Source: Phycisphaerales bacterium (GTDB lineage Bacteria > Planctomycetota > Phycisphaerae > Sedimentisphaerales > Anaerobacaceae). Taken from it: a DNA stretch of 64,000 bases. The position numbers and the translations under genes were made by a program. Position 1 is the first letter of the stretch. Every line of letters starts with the position of its first letter. Positions 62,568 through 64,000 of this stretch are shown here, in pieces. The stretch is taken from the NCBI GenBank assembly GCA_039683175.1, contig JBDKRX010000019.1, positions 49,423-113,422 of the forward strand, in the 5' to 3' direction. Under the pieces are notes generated by a model. The model did not search any database and was not told where the DNA came from. It saw only the letters and a program-made list of their open reading frames with translations.

Positions 62568-63827
62568 CTACTGGCCCCTGATCTTCGCGATGTAGTCGCG
62601 GGCCTCCTTGATCGGGAACTGGTCAGGATCGCGTTTGCCCTCGGCGTCCGCGAGGCAGGCGTCGAATGCCTTCAATGCCTCCTGGGTCTGCCCGTTGTCC
62701 ATATACGCAGCGCCCAGATAGAACTGGACGACGCCCTCCCAGCCTGTCGGGTACTCGCGAAGGGCTCTCTGCAAGAACTCGATGGCCTTCGCGTTGTCCC
62801 CGAGGTGGCTATGGCAGATCCCGATCATCATCAGCGATGTCGAGCCCCAGCCGACATACGGGTACTTCCCATATACCTGCTGGTAGAGTTCGAGACCCTC
62901 GGCCCACTTCTTGTCCTGGACCAGTTGTTCGGCCCGTTCGAACAGGGCCTTCACCTCTTCACTGTCCTTCTCGGCGATGACAGTCGCCCCAGGCGGGATC
63001 TGGAACTCGAAGAACTCGTCGGGAATCTCGGGGTTGTAGACGATCGTCTGGGCATCGAATGTGGGCATTCCTTCTCGTTGGAGATTCCTCCAGAGTTTCG
63101 CCTTGAGGACCAGCTTGGTCTCGGGATCCACGAGGAGAAGAGCTGACACATTGGACTTCGGGTGGCTGCATGTGACCCGAATTTGTTCTTTGCCGGTGTT
63201 CGGGTCGGTCACGGTGGTCTGCTCCCACCCTCGTCCGACCAGCCTGAGCGTTTCGAGCAGCTTGCCGGTCAGCCAGGGGCTGATCATGGCTCCTTCGTAC
63301 CAGTACTGCAAGTCTTCAATCTTCGAGGCGTCCAGGATGTTGACGAGGTTTGGTCCGGGCATGTACCGGTACACTGTATTGCCCTGGACCGCGAGAGTCG
63401 TATTTCTTTCACACCCGCAATGATATCGCAGTCGCAGGAGGTCCGAGCCCTCCGCGGGGGCGCGAACCCAGCACTCGAAGTCGACCATCTTCCCGCCGCA
63501 GAGGTTCTTACCTGTGATGTGCACGGTCTCGATTCTCTTCATCGCGGCGAGGGTCTGCTCGAATGACCAGGCTTTGTCCGTCCCGGTGCCGAGGAAGACC
63601 AGGGCCAGGAAAAGGGCCGCCGCGATAGCGCCGAACCTCACTTTGTCCTTTCTCATGACATTTCTCCCGAATCTGAGGATTGTTGCCGCCCCGATGCGAC
63701 TCTTGTCCTTTCGCAGGGCCTCGGGGTGTTTCTCTCGCCACTGTGCGAAATCCGGTCTCGGCGGCTCGCCCGGCGCCATGCGGCGGATCGCCTGCTCCAG
63801 ATCTTGTTCGTTGTACTTGCGTTCCAT
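62568..63827 (-). CDS. putative membrane anti-sigma factor with periplasmic domain and C-terminal TPR repeats
   Basis: Starts 2 nt after the upstream sigma-factor stop. TM (FGAIAAALFLALVFLG). TPR-like C-terminus (WAEGLELYQQVYGKYP...AKAIEFLQRALREYP...EALKAFDACL). Confidence 0.6.
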   Translation of the reverse strand: MERKYNEQDLEQAIRRMAPGEPPRPDFAQWREKHPEALRKDKSRIGAATILRFGRNVMRKDKVRFGAIAAALFLALVFLGTGTDKAWSFEQTLAAMKRIETVHITGKNLCGGKMVDFECWVRAPAEGSDLLRLRYHCGCERNTTLAVQGNTVYRYMPGPNLVNILDASKIEDLQYWYEGAMISPWLTGKLLETLRLVGRGWEQTTVTDPNTGKEQIRVTCSHPKSNVSALLLVDPETKLVLKAKLWRNLQREGMPTFDAQTIVYNPEIPDEFFEFQIPPGATVIAEKDSEEVKALFERAEQLVQDKKWAEGLELYQQVYGKYPYVGWGSTSLMMIGICHSHLGDNAKAIEFLQRALREYPTGWEGVVQFYLGAAYMDNGQTQEALKAFDACLADAEGKRDPDQFPIKEARDYIAKIRGQ

Positions 63828-63829
63828 GA

Positions 63830-64000
63830 CTATTGCTCCCGGCGGAAGCCGTCTTTCTCCAGGCGCTCCTGGATTTGCCTGCGGGCCCTCGCGAGCCGGC
63901 CCTTGACCACGTCGCCTGAGACGCCCAGCGTGGACTCGATTTCCTTGTAGCTCAGGTCGCTGTAGTAGTGCAGGACGACCACCTCGCGATACATGGCCGG
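63830..64000 (-). CDS. ECF-type sigma factor, C-terminal region only (gene runs off the window)
   Basis: My minus-strand translation is ...MYREVVVLHYYSDLSYKEIESTLGVSGDVVKGRLARARRQIQERLEKDGFRREQ*, which is a sigma-70 region 4 HTH. Confidence 0.8.
   Translation of the reverse strand, partial: PAMYREVVVLHYYSDLSYKEIESTLGVSGDVVKGRLARARRQIQERLEKDGFRREQ

Overview
64-kb high-GC chromosomal segment. The gene content points to Planctomycetota, probably a Phycisphaerae-like lineage: four tandem prepilin/DUF1559 genes, a Tat-sulfatase, a LamG/discoidin secreted protein, ECF sigma/anti-sigma pairs and short-type LeuCD. This is inference; no search was run. About 48 protein genes are supported. No rRNA, tRNA, CRISPR array, transposase or integrase was recognised. 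Housekeeping blocks are ribE-pdxA-rsmA, nrdR, miaA, ispA, dxr-rseP-glyA and leuA-leuC-leuD...leuB. Unusual blocks: (i) A family of ~160-nt palindromic intergenic elements with arms built from CGAAATN heptads (5 full copies plus 1 half copy). One copy carries a four-helix-bundle (Avd / 23S-IVS protein family) gene between leuC and leuD, and one retains a deleted remnant of that gene. (ii) Three tandem TonB-dependent-receptor-like paralogs followed by a YfiR/DUF4154 protein, three sensor histidine kinases and one stand-alone receiver. (iii) nrdR with a near-consensus promoter overlapped by two NrdR-box-like sites, followed by an orphan double ATP-cone protein. (iv) An ECF-sigma-headed operon encoding a methyltransferase, a CPBP protease and a rifampicin-phosphotransferase-like PEP-utilising enzyme. 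(v) Several further short-period repeat and hairpin families. Long ORFs antisense to these genes are treated as GC artefacts. Coordinates of non-coding features were indexed by hand and may be off by 1-3 nt.
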